A stretch of DNA of 60,640 nt, the filler included. It is 5 parts of 5 records of this genome, joined end to end, with 100 filler letters (N's around TTAATTAATTAA, not from the genome) between each part and the next. Parts side by side here need not be neighbours in the genome. Positions count along the whole stretch, not along the records: positions 17,184 to 28,389 come from SRR31147125_20942; positions 28,490 to 40,522 come from SRR31147125_20947; 3 more parts are not named here. One strand, given 5' to 3'. Shown here in pieces: positions 20,356-30,722 of the stretch (positions are counted from its first letter, which is position 1; every line of letters starts with the position of its first letter). The translations under genes and the position numbers were made by a program. The notes under the pieces are model-generated. The model saw only the letters and a program-made list of their open reading frames with translations. It had not been told where the DNA came from and did no database searches.

Positions 20356-22418
20356 ATGAATTCAATAACACTTTTTCAATATTCTGTCGGCTTTTTATTA
20401 CTCGGAGCATTGACAACCTTTTTACTGTCACGACAGCGTCAGTTGATCAGCAAACTTGCTTTTGTTTTTGCCTTTATTTCATCAATCGGTATTTTCTACA
20501 TTGTCATGGATGTTTTTCTTTACGGTCCAATAGAGACCTCTCAACCTCTATGGCAGCTGCCAGACTTAATGCCAGCTTGCTTATCAGAATAGATTTTCTC
20601 AGCGCTGTTTTTTTGACTCTTGTGGCAATTATTAGTATTCTCGCCACTCTGTATGCCTACCAGTTTTTAAAATTACCGGTGTTTAAAGAATTTAGCCTGG
20701 GTCGATTCTATTCCCTGCTTTTGGTCTTTTTTGCAGCCGTCTTGTCCATCGTTGTCATGGCTGATATGTTTTTCTTTTTTATTTTCTGGGAGATCATGAC
20801 CCTCTCATCCTATGCTCTTGTCATATTCAATAATACCCGCAAAGAATATCTCAAAGCTGGTTTTAAATACTTTTTCATAACTCATATCGCAACGGTTCTT
20901 ATGTTTATTGGTGCGATTATTCTGTATTTACATGGTGATTCTTTTTCTTTTAAGGATATTGGCGCTACAATGTCGGTATTGCTACAAACAAATCCCAATC
21001 TCCTCCACCTTGCTCTCTTGTTTTTCTTTATCGGATTCTCCACAAAAGCAGGCATTTTACCTATGGGAGACTGGTTACCCGATGCATACCCCTCAGCACC
21101 AACACCTGCCGGAGCGGCATTTGCTGGAATTATGTCGAAACTTGGCATTTATGGTTTGCTTCGTGTTTTTCTTTTCATTCTACCTATTTCATCTATTTGC
21201 CGTAATTGGGGTATATTTATAGCCATAATGGGCATCATTTCAATATTTGTTGGTTCTCTGTCAGCACTGATGCAGGATGGAGCCAAACGCTTGCTATCAT
21301 TTTCAATCATTGGACAAATGGGTTACCTCTTATTGGGTATAGGTGCCACATTATACGTTCTTGAGCAAAATCGAGTACTGGCCTTTATCATGCTGGTGGC
21401 AACGCTCTTTCATCTGATTAACAATGTTTTCTTTAAAGCAAATCTGTTCTTTAATGCCGGCACCATATACTATCGTACAGGTTCAGAAAACCTGAGCGAA
21501 ATAGGCGGTTTGGGTCGAATTATGCCATTAACGGCTGTTACAGCTATTATTGCTGCCTTTTCTATGTCTGGCGTTCCCCTATTTGCAGGTTTTTCCAGTA
21601 AATGGATGTATTTTATCACAACGGTCAACATTGGACTTGGCTCACCTGCCATTATGGGTTTCTCCATAGTAGCTCTTTTTATATCGGTCGTCACATTAGC
21701 CTATTCTATTAAATTTTTTGGCGCTGCTTTTTTTGGCAAATTCCATCCGGGTAAAAACATGACTAACAAAAAGACGCCTTTATCAATGCAGATTCCGCAG
21801 ATTGTGTTAGCTTTTTTTGCTGTATTGCCAGGATTATTGCCCCTTTTATTTATAAAACCGTTGGGACAAACAGTCGCATCTTTATTAACTGATGTCCCGG
21901 ATCCATTTCGCTCGAACACTGTCTTTAGCGGAATAACCATTCCATTTGGAGAAAACACATTCGTAACCTGGAATCCAATCCTTTTGTCCATTGTAGGCAT
22001 TATCGCCTTTTTGATTGCATTTTGGTTTTTCAGAGCAGGAGCCGCACCAAGGCGAGTTGATTCCACCTGGTATTGTGGTGAAGAACACACAGACGAAGAG
22101 GTTTTTTATCCCTCTTTAAATTTTTATAAATCATTTACCTCTATGCTTCGGCTCAGAATAGGTAATTTTGAGCAGGAAGGTGTCTATCCAAAATTAAAAT
22201 ATCCATCAATTACCTTTTCAGAAAAGGACATTTTGAAAAGAGTGTTAAATATCGACAAATGGCTTTACGATCCTATTGTCAAAGGTTTTATGTTCACTAT
22301 GCATAAATTTAGCGCCTTACATAGTGGCGTTCCACATGTCTATTTACTCTGGTTGGTTATCGGCGCTTTGGCAGCGATAGCTGTCTTATTTTTACTTACT
22401 GCTAACGGTGCCCAATAA
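20356..22418 (+). CDS. hyfB: Antiporter-like membrane subunit (HyfB/HycC-like), frameshifted near 20557-20565
   Basis: ORF 20356-20592 gives the N terminus and 20550-22418 the remainder: WEIMTLSSY, KAGILPMGDWLPDAYP.APTP, TWYCG, LHSG.PHVYL. Confidence 0.8.
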
Positions 22419-22482
22419 TTTTTATTGTCAGTTGCAAATAAAAAAGATTATCCATTATTTTCCAATTTAGGAGGAAAACCTG

Positions 22483-24168
22483 GTGACCACCTCTGATTTA
22501 ATAACCTATCTGCAAAAGCGATTTGGCGAAAAAATCATAAAAGCAGAGACACCTGTTCACGATATGGCTATGATTACCATCGGTCGGGACGATTCTGTTA
22601 CCATCAACAAACACCTGTTTCATGATATGGGAGCTCGCTTTGTGGTTAGTGTCGGTACAGATTACAGAGAAGCTGGAGATGGATTTCTGGTTGACTATGT
22701 ATATTCACTTGCAGCGGATCATCTGTTTTTGACTATTCGTCAACCTGTGCCAGAAGATGATCTATGGGTTAATGCACTGACCGGTGACGCGAAAATGCCT
22801 GCTACAGGATGGGCTGAACGGGAAATCCAGGATTTGTTAGGTATAATAATGCGTAACCATCCGGATCCTCGAAAACTTGTACTTTCCGATGATTGGCCTG
22901 AAGGTCTCCATCCGTTACGCCGGGACGTGCCCCATGACATTCATCCACCCAGCGATCTAAATTGTGCTATGCCACGGAAAGAAAAACCAAAAGGCTCTAC
23001 TGTGGTACCCATTGGACCCTTTTATCCCGTTCTCGAAGAACCGGCATATTTCAGACTCTTTGTAGAAGGAGAAAAAATTGTCGGTGGTGATTACAGAGGA
23101 TTTTATAATCACCGTGGCATTGAAAAAATAGCGGACAGTCAGTTAAATTACAACCAGATACCCTTTCTGGCTGAACGAATATGCGGTATATGAGGGACAG
23201 TGCACAGTACGGGGTACTGTCAGGCAGTTGAAAAAGCAGCAGATATTCAAGTTCCAGCCAGAGGACGGTTCATTCGAACAATCCTTCTTGAACTGGAAAG
23301 AGTTCAAAGCCATTTACTCTGGCTGGGTATTGCCGGTCATATTATAGGCTTTGATACAGTCCTCATGCAGGCGTGGCGTATTCGTGAACCTGTTATGTGG
23401 CTGTGCGAAAAAATAACCGGTAACAGAAAACTGCTCGGAATGAATATTGTAGGTGGTGTCCGGCGTGATATTCCGCAAGATGTCCATGGTGAACTATTGC
23501 AAGTGCTCGATAAAGTTGACAAAGAGACAAAAGCGGTTTTAAATGCCATTGTCACAGATACAACTCTTTTGATGCGATGCGAAAACGTCGGTGTGATCTC
23601 TAATTCGGATGCTATTGCGCTCTCGCTACTCGGTCCGACTGCACGCGGCTCTGGTGTAGCGATTGATATCAGAAACGATCACCCTTATGCCGCTTACGCT
23701 GAAGTTGGTAGTGAAATGATGGTCGAAACAACTGAAGACATTTGGGCTCGAGTTGTTGTGAGACTTAAAGAAACGGTTGAATCAATCAGACAAATAAAAG
23801 ATGCGCTAGCAATGATGCCCAAAGGGCCCGTTGTGGCAACTATCAAAGATCCAATTCCTCCGGGAAAGACCGGTGTTTCCTCTGTGGAAGCTCCGAGAGG
23901 GGAAACACATCATTTTGTCATCACTGGTGAAGATAGCAGACCATATCGCTGGAAGGCCAGAGCTCCCACCTTTCAAAATTTACAAGGTGTCCCGGTAATG
24001 CTGGCTGGCGAGACAATTGCGGATGCACCTATCGGACTTGGAAGTATGGATCCCTGTTTTTCTTGTACCGAAAGACTGGAAACTGTGGATATCAGCAGCG
24101 GAAAAATAACTGTGTATTCAAAAACAGATCTTTACGAGTTGTCTAAAAAGAAATACCAACGTCGTTAA
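22483..24168 (+). CDS. hyfG: Group 4 [NiFe]-hydrogenase large subunit (HycE/HyfG, NuoC+NuoD fusion), 561 aa if TGA 23191-23193 is read through, probably as selenocysteine
   Basis: ORFs 22483-23193 and 23200-24168 are in the same frame and join as ERICGI-(TGA)-GTVHSTGYCQAVE, i.e. the RxCGxC..H L1 motif. C-terminal L2 motif DPCFSCTER is followed by a 30-aa cleavable extension. EAPRGE and HRGIEK motifs present. Confidence 0.9.
23191..23230 (+). promoter_or_regulatory. Putative bacterial SECIS element after an in-frame UGA
   Basis: ACAGTAC-GGG-GTACTGT (23204-23220) is a perfect 7-bp stem with a G-rich loop, starting 11 nt after the TGA (loop 17 nt downstream); it can extend through TGC/GCA and CAG/TTG. 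Confidence 0.72.
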
Positions 24169-24247
24169 AATACGAATAATTCATGAAACAGATGCCTGGG
24201 AAGAAGATTCTAAAACACGGGCATCCTATCGAAGTCATGGAGAAATA

Positions 24248-25164
24248 ATGAACTATTCCACTGGTGAACTGATTGGATTTAGTTTTTTAAATGTATTTCT
24301 TGTCTTAATGTTATCTCCTTTACTTGAAGGCATTATTCGTAAACTTGTGGCATTCGTGCATTCCCGCATCGGACCACCTGTTTACCAGCCTTACCTGGAT
24401 ATTCTCAAACTTTTGGGCAAGGAAGAGATCGTCAGCTCCAACAGTTTTTTATTTCGGTACAGTGCCGTGTTCGCATTTACAGCTGTTTTGGTAACAGCAG
24501 TATTGATTCCAATTGGCGCCCGCCCCCTTTGGAAAATGCCGGCGAAATACTGGTATTCATTTATGTTATCACTTTTTCCGCTATCATGGTTATCATGAGT
24601 GGCATTTCATCAGAAAATCCCTACGGAATCGTGGGTGCGGCACGTGAAATGATGATGGTTTTGACAGTGGAACCAGTTATAGTGATCGCTCTTATCACAG
24701 CTGCCGTTAAATCCGGTTCAATGCGATTTGGAGACATGATGGTTTATCAAACGGAACATGGACTTTCTCTCTCCATGATCATTGTTGGTATTGTTCTGTT
24801 TTTATCCATTGTCGCACAACTCGCGCGTTTGCCTTTTGATATTGTTGAAGCTGATCAGGAGATTATGGAGGGACCCTTTATAGAACAAAGCGGACCCAAA
24901 TTGGCCCTTTTCAAATGGACTTTTTACGCCAAGGAACTTGTGTTTGCCTCAATTTTTGTGTCTGTATTTGTGCCATGGCCTCATACGGGTCAATTTCTTC
25001 TTGATTTCCTGTTTTCTTTGTTAAAAATACTCGTTCTCCTGGTGTTTGTAGGTGTTGTGCATGTCGTAAATCCACGATTACGTATTGATCAGGCAGTACG
25101 GTATTTTGTGATTCTTATTTTTGTGGCTATTATTGGATTGGCTTTTGCTGTGGTTGGTTCCTGA
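24248..25164 (+). CDS. hyfC: NuoH-like membrane subunit (HyfC/HycD), frameshifted in the C-run at about 24523-24527
   Basis: GIIRKLVAFVHSRIGPPVYQPYLDILKLLGKE, then in a shifted frame GAARE...EP...RLPFDIVEADQEIMEGPFIEQSG. Confidence 0.87.
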
Positions 25165-25265
25165 TTTAAAACGAGATTTCTTTTAGTTTTGTATTCAAGA
25201 ATTTTATATCCACGACTCTACATATTCAAAGTAAAATGTGCTGAACCTTTTTAAGCGGATTTAAC

Positions 25266-25760
25266 ATGTTTAAAGCAAAAATCAAAGAAGCGGCTATTTG
25301 TTTCTCAAATCCTCGTGTAACCTTGCCTTATCCATTTGGTGAAGGTTCTGAAATTCCGGAAGGATTCAGAGGCAAGATTGATATTGATGAAACGAAATGT
25401 ATTGCGTGCGGAGGATGTGCTAATGTATGTCCTTCACGGCTCATCCGATTCTATGATAATAATATTGAGACGCGTATGGAATTTATTCTGGATCGGTGCA
25501 CGTATTGTGGTCGATGCGCAGAGGTGTGTCCTGAGGAAGCCATTCAGATGACTCTCGAGTTCGAGACAGCAACCAATGATAAAACAGATCTCTATATCGA
25601 ACAAAATCTCTACATGGCGACCTGTGCCAGATGCGGCCGTTGTTTTGAAACTGAAAATGCCATCGACCGTATCCCCACACGACGTCACAGAGAAGGACGG
25701 AATTATCTCGGCCCATCCATGCCGTACGGAGCACCCAAAGTAAAGGAGGCAGGTAAATGA
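25266..25760 (+). CDS. hyfH: 2x[4Fe-4S] subunit (HyfH/HycF/NuoI-like)
   Basis: TLPYPF, FRGK, CIACGGCANVCP, CTYCGRCAEVCP, CARCGRC. Confidence 0.88.
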   Translation: MFKAKIKEAAICFSNPRVTLPYPFGEGSEIPEGFRGKIDIDETKCIACGGCANVCPSRLIRFYDNNIETRMEFILDRCTYCGRCAEVCPEEAIQMTLEFETATNDKTDLYIEQNLYMATCARCGRCFETENAIDRIPTRRHREGRNYLGPSMPYGAPKVKEAGK

Positions 25761-26422
25761 CTGAACAGACGCTTGTCACCCTGACATTAGCGATTCTGAT
25801 AACTTCTATCGCTGCCGTAGAGATAAGGAATTTACGTACAACAACATTTGCCTATTTATTGCATTCGATTTTCCTGTGCGGAATCATCCTAAGTTATGCT
25901 TATATAAAAGACAATGAAAGTCTCTACCTCTGGGCGATATCCTGTTTTGTGACAAAAGTAACAATCATCCCTTATATGCTGTTTCGCTTTATAAAACAGG
26001 TTCCGCAAAGAGAACATCAACCGATCATTGGATCAGGCTTGTCAATCGTAATCGTCTCCACGCTTATGATCGTTTTCTTCCAATTGTTTAAAAAGTACAT
26101 CTTTTTGCTGGCACCTACAGAAAGCGCGCAAATGGAGCCTGTCCGGAGTTTGCTTGCCGGTGCATTTACGATTTTTTCTCTTGGATTATGGGCATTGCTC
26201 GTACGACGTGATGCTCTAAAGACAGTCATTGGCATTGCGTTGCTGGAAAATGGCGTTCATCTTGTTTTGCTGGCACTGACTCCGCAACTCCGTGAAACCA
26301 CGATGATTGGGATATTAACAAATGTTGTTGCTGTCGTCTTTTTACTCCTTTATTTAAGTACAAGTATCTACCAGGTATTCGGATTTACAGATACTGTTAA
26401 ACTTTCAGAGCTGAAGAGATAA
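25757..26422 (+). CDS. hyfE: HyfE-like membrane subunit
   Basis: Hydrophobic, TK..IIP, LLENGVHL motif; ATGA overlap with the upstream gene. Confidence 0.82.
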   Translation: MTEQTLVTLTLAILITSIAAVEIRNLRTTTFAYLLHSIFLCGIILSYAYIKDNESLYLWAISCFVTKVTIIPYMLFRFIKQVPQREHQPIIGSGLSIVIVSTLMIVFFQLFKKYIFLLAPTESAQMEPVRSLLAGAFTIFSLGLWALLVRRDALKTVIGIALLENGVHLVLLALTPQLRETTMIGILTNVVAVVFLLLYLSTSIYQVFGFTDTVKLSELKR

Positions 26423-26433
26423 CGAGGTTACTT

Positions 26434-27954
26434 ATGGCTGAACCCATTCAGTCTTTTTTACCCATGATTTTGATCCTGCTTCCAATAGTTGGAGCCATTT
26501 TCACTGTTTTGTTGGGCTATAGCAAGATCAAAAATGCACGTGAAATCAGCACGTTAGTCATTCTGGTTATCGAGTTTGCTGTTGCCATCAGGGTCGGTGC
26601 TCTTGTCCTGGCGGGCAATACGCTTGCTGCCCTGGGTAACGCCATCTTTATTGACGGACTGAGCGCCTTGATGATTGTATTGGTAGATGGAATGGTTATC
26701 CTGATTACCCTGCAATCATTCAAATACATGAAGCGTGAACAGCAGCATGGACTTTTTAGCGAAGGCAGACTCACTCTCTACTATGCCCTTGTCCTGCTAT
26801 TCACAGGTACTATGAATTGGACAGTAAGTACGAACCACATGGTCATGCTTTATGTAGCAATGGAAGGTACGACATTAGCCACTGCTTTACTCGTCGCCTT
26901 TTACCGTAAAAAAGCATCCCTTGAAGCAGGTTATAAATACGTCCTTTTAGTGGTAGTCGGGATTACTTTTGCGTTGTTCGGTATTGTCCTCATTTTTGCT
27001 GCCGCCTATCCTCATTTAGAGGTTGGTTCCCACGCCCTTCTGTTAACAGAAATAGGCACTATTGCCAAGCTGATACCCAAAAATATCGCCTTGCTTGGTA
27101 TTGCTTTTATGACCGTTGGATTTGCAACAAAAGCGGGTCTTGTTCCCTTTCATGCATGGCTACCGGATGCTCATTCTGAAGCACCTTCACCTATCAGTGC
27201 CTTGTTATCCGGCCTGATTATTAAAATTGGTGCTTACGCCCTCGCCCGGACGGTAACGATTTTCGCACCAACATATCATTCTGTTATCGTTTTCATTGCC
27301 ATTCTTAGTTCCATTAGTATGTTAATTGGAATTTTTATGGCATTTGTACAGGATGATCTCAAACGTATGCTGGCCTTTTCCAGTGTGAGTCAAATCAGTT
27401 ACGTATTCGAGGGTTTAGGCCTTGGAACTTATCTCGGCATTTATGGCGGACTATTCCATCTTGTAAATCACACGCTGATTAAAGGTTTGCTTTTTATGAG
27501 TATTGGCGCTGTTATGTATGCCACCGGTGGATTACGAAAGATATCCCAGCTTGGTGGCTTGTCTAAAAAAATGCCAATTACAGCCTTTTGTTTTATCGTT
27601 GGAGCCCTGTCCATTGGCGGTTTGCCTCCATTTAATGGTTTTATGAGTAAATTTACAATTTTCCTGGCTATTGGCGAAGAAAAGCTTTATTGGGCTATGG
27701 CGATTTCTGTTATAACCGGTGTGCTGACCCTGGGATGTTTGGTTTGGGCAGCCTATAGAGTATTCTGGCGAACTCCCAAAGTACCAGTACCAGGTAATGA
27801 AGGCGAATTAAAAGAAGTACCTTTTCTCATGTATGCCAGTATTGTTATTCTCGCTATTCTGTGCATTGTCATTGGTGTTTTTCCGCAAATTCTTCATCCT
27901 ATACTGGATGGTGCAACAAAAGCTGTTTTAGAAATTTGGGCTGTAGGAGGATAA
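26434..27954 (+). CDS. hyfF: Antiporter-like membrane subunit (HyfF/NuoM-like)
   Basis: MEGTTLATALLV, SLEAGYKY, TKAGLVPFHAWLPDAHSEAPSPISALLSG, GLPPFNGFMSK. Confidence 0.85.
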   Translation: MAEPIQSFLPMILILLPIVGAIFTVLLGYSKIKNAREISTLVILVIEFAVAIRVGALVLAGNTLAALGNAIFIDGLSALMIVLVDGMVILITLQSFKYMKREQQHGLFSEGRLTLYYALVLLFTGTMNWTVSTNHMVMLYVAMEGTTLATALLVAFYRKKASLEAGYKYVLLVVVGITFALFGIVLIFAAAYPHLEVGSHALLLTEIGTIAKLIPKNIALLGIAFMTVGFATKAGLVPFHAWLPDAHSEAPSPISALLSGLIIKIGAYALARTVTIFAPTYHSVIVFIAILSSISMLIGIFMAFVQDDLKRMLAFSSVSQISYVFEGLGLGTYLGIYGGLFHLVNHTLIKGLLFMSIGAVMYATGGLRKISQLGGLSKKMPITAFCFIVGALSIGGLPPFNGFMSKFTIFLAIGEEKLYWAMAISVITGVLTLGCLVWAAYRVFWRTPKVPVPGNEGELKEVPFLMYASIVILAILCIVIGVFPQILHPILDGATKAVLEIWAVGG

Positions 27955-27955
27955 T

Positions 27956-28389
27956 ATGCTCAAAAAACTTTGTGCAAAAGCTTTTCCCAAAGCATTATGG
28001 GTTTATCATACAAATTGTTCGGCGTGTAATGGTTGTGACATTGAAATTATTAATGTACTGACACCCTATTACGACGCTGAACGATTTGGAATTAAACTCG
28101 TTGGATCACCACGCCATGCCGATGTCTTACTAGTCACCGGTGGTGTCAGCAGGCAGATTGCTCCAGCCTTGAAACGGCTTTATGATGCAACCCCAAATCC
28201 AAAACTGGTTTTTGCTATAGGTTCTTGCGCATGTGGTGGTGATGTTTTTTATGATAGTTATAACATGTATGGTGCTGTAGACAAAAAAATTCCTGTGGAT
28301 TACTATGTGCCAGGGTGTCCTCCAAGACCGGAAGCAATTCTTTATGGAGTGGCAGTTGCGCTCGGTTTGGCTCCTAAAAAAGTGGCCAG
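27956..28389 (+). CDS. hyfI: Group 4 hydrogenase small subunit (HyfI/HycG/NuoB-like), 3' truncated
   Basis: CNGCDIE, GSPRHADVLLVTG, GSCACGG, PGCPPRP. Confidence 0.9.
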
Positions 28390-28489
28390 NNNNNNNNNNN
28401 NNNNNNNNNNNNNNNNNNNNNNNNNNNNNNNNNTTAATTAATTAANNNNNNNNNNNNNNNNNNNNNNNNNNNNNNNNNNNNNNNNNNNN
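28390..28489. other. Artificial contig spacer
   Basis: N44-TTAATTAATTAA-N44. Confidence 0.99.
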
Positions 28490-29206
28490 AAAAGGTGCCC
28501 CTGGCAATTCCGGAAATCATCCGCATGACCTCAATGGTCTGAAGGGCCAGTTCTTTTGACAATTTTTCCCTTGAGACAGCCCCCATGGAAAAGAGAATGG
28601 TTCCAAGCCGCTGACATGTGCTTTTCTGGCGTGAAAGCGCAGCAATGGCGTCTTTCCTGGCCAAAAGCTTTTTCTTTATCAATATAGATGCCAGCTTTTT
28701 GGATTTGGGCCTGTTTTTCCAATAAATATCCACAATTTCTCCGGCCGTGAAATGGATGGAGATTTTTTTCCATCCGCAGATGTGATATTCAGTTCCCCTG
28801 TCCGTTTCTGTATTTTTTTAAGATGTAAGAGATCGCCAATGGAATAATCTGTAAGTTTTCCCTTGGAAAGGGGTTCTCTGAACGTGGTGGAAATGACATC
28901 TGTGAAGCCGGTTTTCTCCTTTTTTAAACCAAAAACCTTGGTCATGCGGGCTCTTCTCAGATCTGCGTCTATTAACAGGACCTTGCTGCCCGACTGGGCG
29001 ATGGTATACCCCAGATTGATTGCCGTATTGGTCTTTCCCTCAGACTCAACAGAACTTGTTACGACCAATGAGGTTAATGGCTTATCCATTGAAAAAAAGT
29101 TGAGGTTGGTCAGGAGGGTTCTAAAGCTTTCTGCATAACTTGATTTGGCTGGAAAGTCCATCAATAGATTTCCCGTCTGCCGTTTAGAGTTTTTAAACAA
29201 TTTCAT
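28490..29206 (-). CDS. CpsD/CapB-type BY tyrosine kinase with an inserted DUF4388/MshEN-like region; frameshift at T-run 28763-28769; 3' truncated
   Basis: AESFRTL.TNL, VTSSVESEGKT (Walker A), LIDADLRR, then GKLTDYSIGDLL...RTGELNI...ISIHFTAGEIV...RLGTILFSMGAVSREKLSKELALQ. Confidence 0.8.
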
Positions 29207-29209
29207 GAT

Positions 29210-30706
29210 TTAGATCCATAGTCAACAGATTTGCTCGCAATGGGTATCACTGAAAGTACCGGAATACCAATGTTTTTCTGAACATCCTCTTCGGTCCGGA
29301 TGGTCTGGTCCATATATTCAAAAAGCGCCACAAAAATACCCCGCCCACAACCCCCAGGGTGACGCCGATAAGAATGATGGCTATTTTATTGGGGCTGACA
29401 GGGCGGTGGGGGACCATTGCGCCTTCAACAAGGCGGATATTTGATGTATCATTGGTTTTTAATATATCGGATTCCTTGATTTTGGCCAAAAGCGTGTCGT
29501 AAAGGTGTTTGCTCGTATTCATGTTTCGTTGAAGTCTGGAATATTCCAGTTCATTGCCGCTGGTGTTCAAGGCATCCTGTTCAAATTCCTTGAGGGTCTC
29601 TTTTAATACCTTTTCCCTGGAATAGAGTACTGTTCTTTTGGCTTTAAGGCTGGCAAGCTCCCGTATAAGTTCTTCCTTGAGACGCATGGCATTTTTATCA
29701 AGTTCGTCCCGTATCTCTATGATCTTGGGATGTTTGTTTTTATAAATTTTAGACAGTTTGGCATATTGTATCTCAAGGTCTTTGACTTTTGCATAGACAG
29801 TACTGATCTCCGGATTTTCAACCAGGGAACGGATATTCCCAATCCCATGCCGGCCGCCGGCATGTTTTTCTATTTCCCTTATTTTTGTATCGATATCCAG
29901 CCTGCTGTGCCGGGTGGCCAGGTAATTGGAATTGAATTCCTTTAATTTCTGGTCTGCCATTTTATGCTTGCCTGCAATGGAAAAAAACTTGTTCGCCTGC
30001 ATGAAATCAAAGAATGTTTTTTCGTCTTTTTCAAGTTTATTTTTTAAGGCATAAAGTTCATTGTTCATCCATTCCAGATTCTTTTTAGATGACTTCATCT
30101 GGTTTGACAGGTTGAACCCGATATACTGGTCTGCAAAGGCATTTGCAATGAGGGCCGCCTGTTCGGGGTCCTTGTCTTTCACACGTATTTTAAGCAGCCT
30201 GGTTTCACCGATGCCTTCTATGGAGACGTTTGCTCTTATATCGGCGATCAGGCTGTTGGCGTTTTCCTCTGAGGTCCGGGGGGCTTTTCCCCCGTGTTCA
30301 ATAGATCCTTAATGTTTTGCCAGTATTCTGCACCACGTTTTTTAACCCGGTAAATGATATGATTTTCATCGGTACCTTCGGGTGCTTTGGCATCCAGATT
30401 CAGGACGTTGATCACCTGCTGAATGACGTTTTTTGAAAGAATCAGTTTAAAATGGGTATTAAAGGTGAGGGTTTCCGACTGATAACTTTCATATTCCATT
30501 CTCTGGCCGGTTATGGGGGAGGTGGGCCGTTCCTTTTCAATCATGATTGTGGATGTCGATTCGTAGACCGGCACCGCATAATAGGTATAGAGAACGGATG
30601 GGAACAGGCCAAGCATGAAAACAACAAAGAAAACCATTTTTCTTTTGTAAAAGATATCCAGACAATCGGCAATATGTAGAGCGTCGTTAAAGTCTTCGTC
30701 ATGCAT
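29210..30706 (-). CDS. Wzc/GumC-type polysaccharide co-polymerase (chain-length determinant), frameshifted near 30280 and 29330
   Basis: N-terminal TM + PVYESTSTI, ANAFA.QYI, coiled coil, Y..KHPKI, A.VP..PVSPNK and a second TM, assembled from ORFs 30248-30706 and 29247-30182. The 3' end is approximate. Confidence 0.8.
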
Positions 30707-30722
30707 ATGAGTTATCCTTAAT

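Noticed and set aside
22483-24168. Treating 22483-23193 and 23200-24168 as separate NuoC and NuoD genes of complex I
   Set aside because: The break lies inside the Ni-binding motif rather than at the NuoC/NuoD boundary, and the L2 motif, C-terminal extension and HycI show it is a hydrogenase.
17184-28389. Genome-wide UGA reassignment (code 4 or 25) as explanation of the hydrogenase TGA
   Set aside because: TGA terminates hycI, hyfC and hyfH at expected positions, and Trp or Gly could not replace a metal-ligating Cys.
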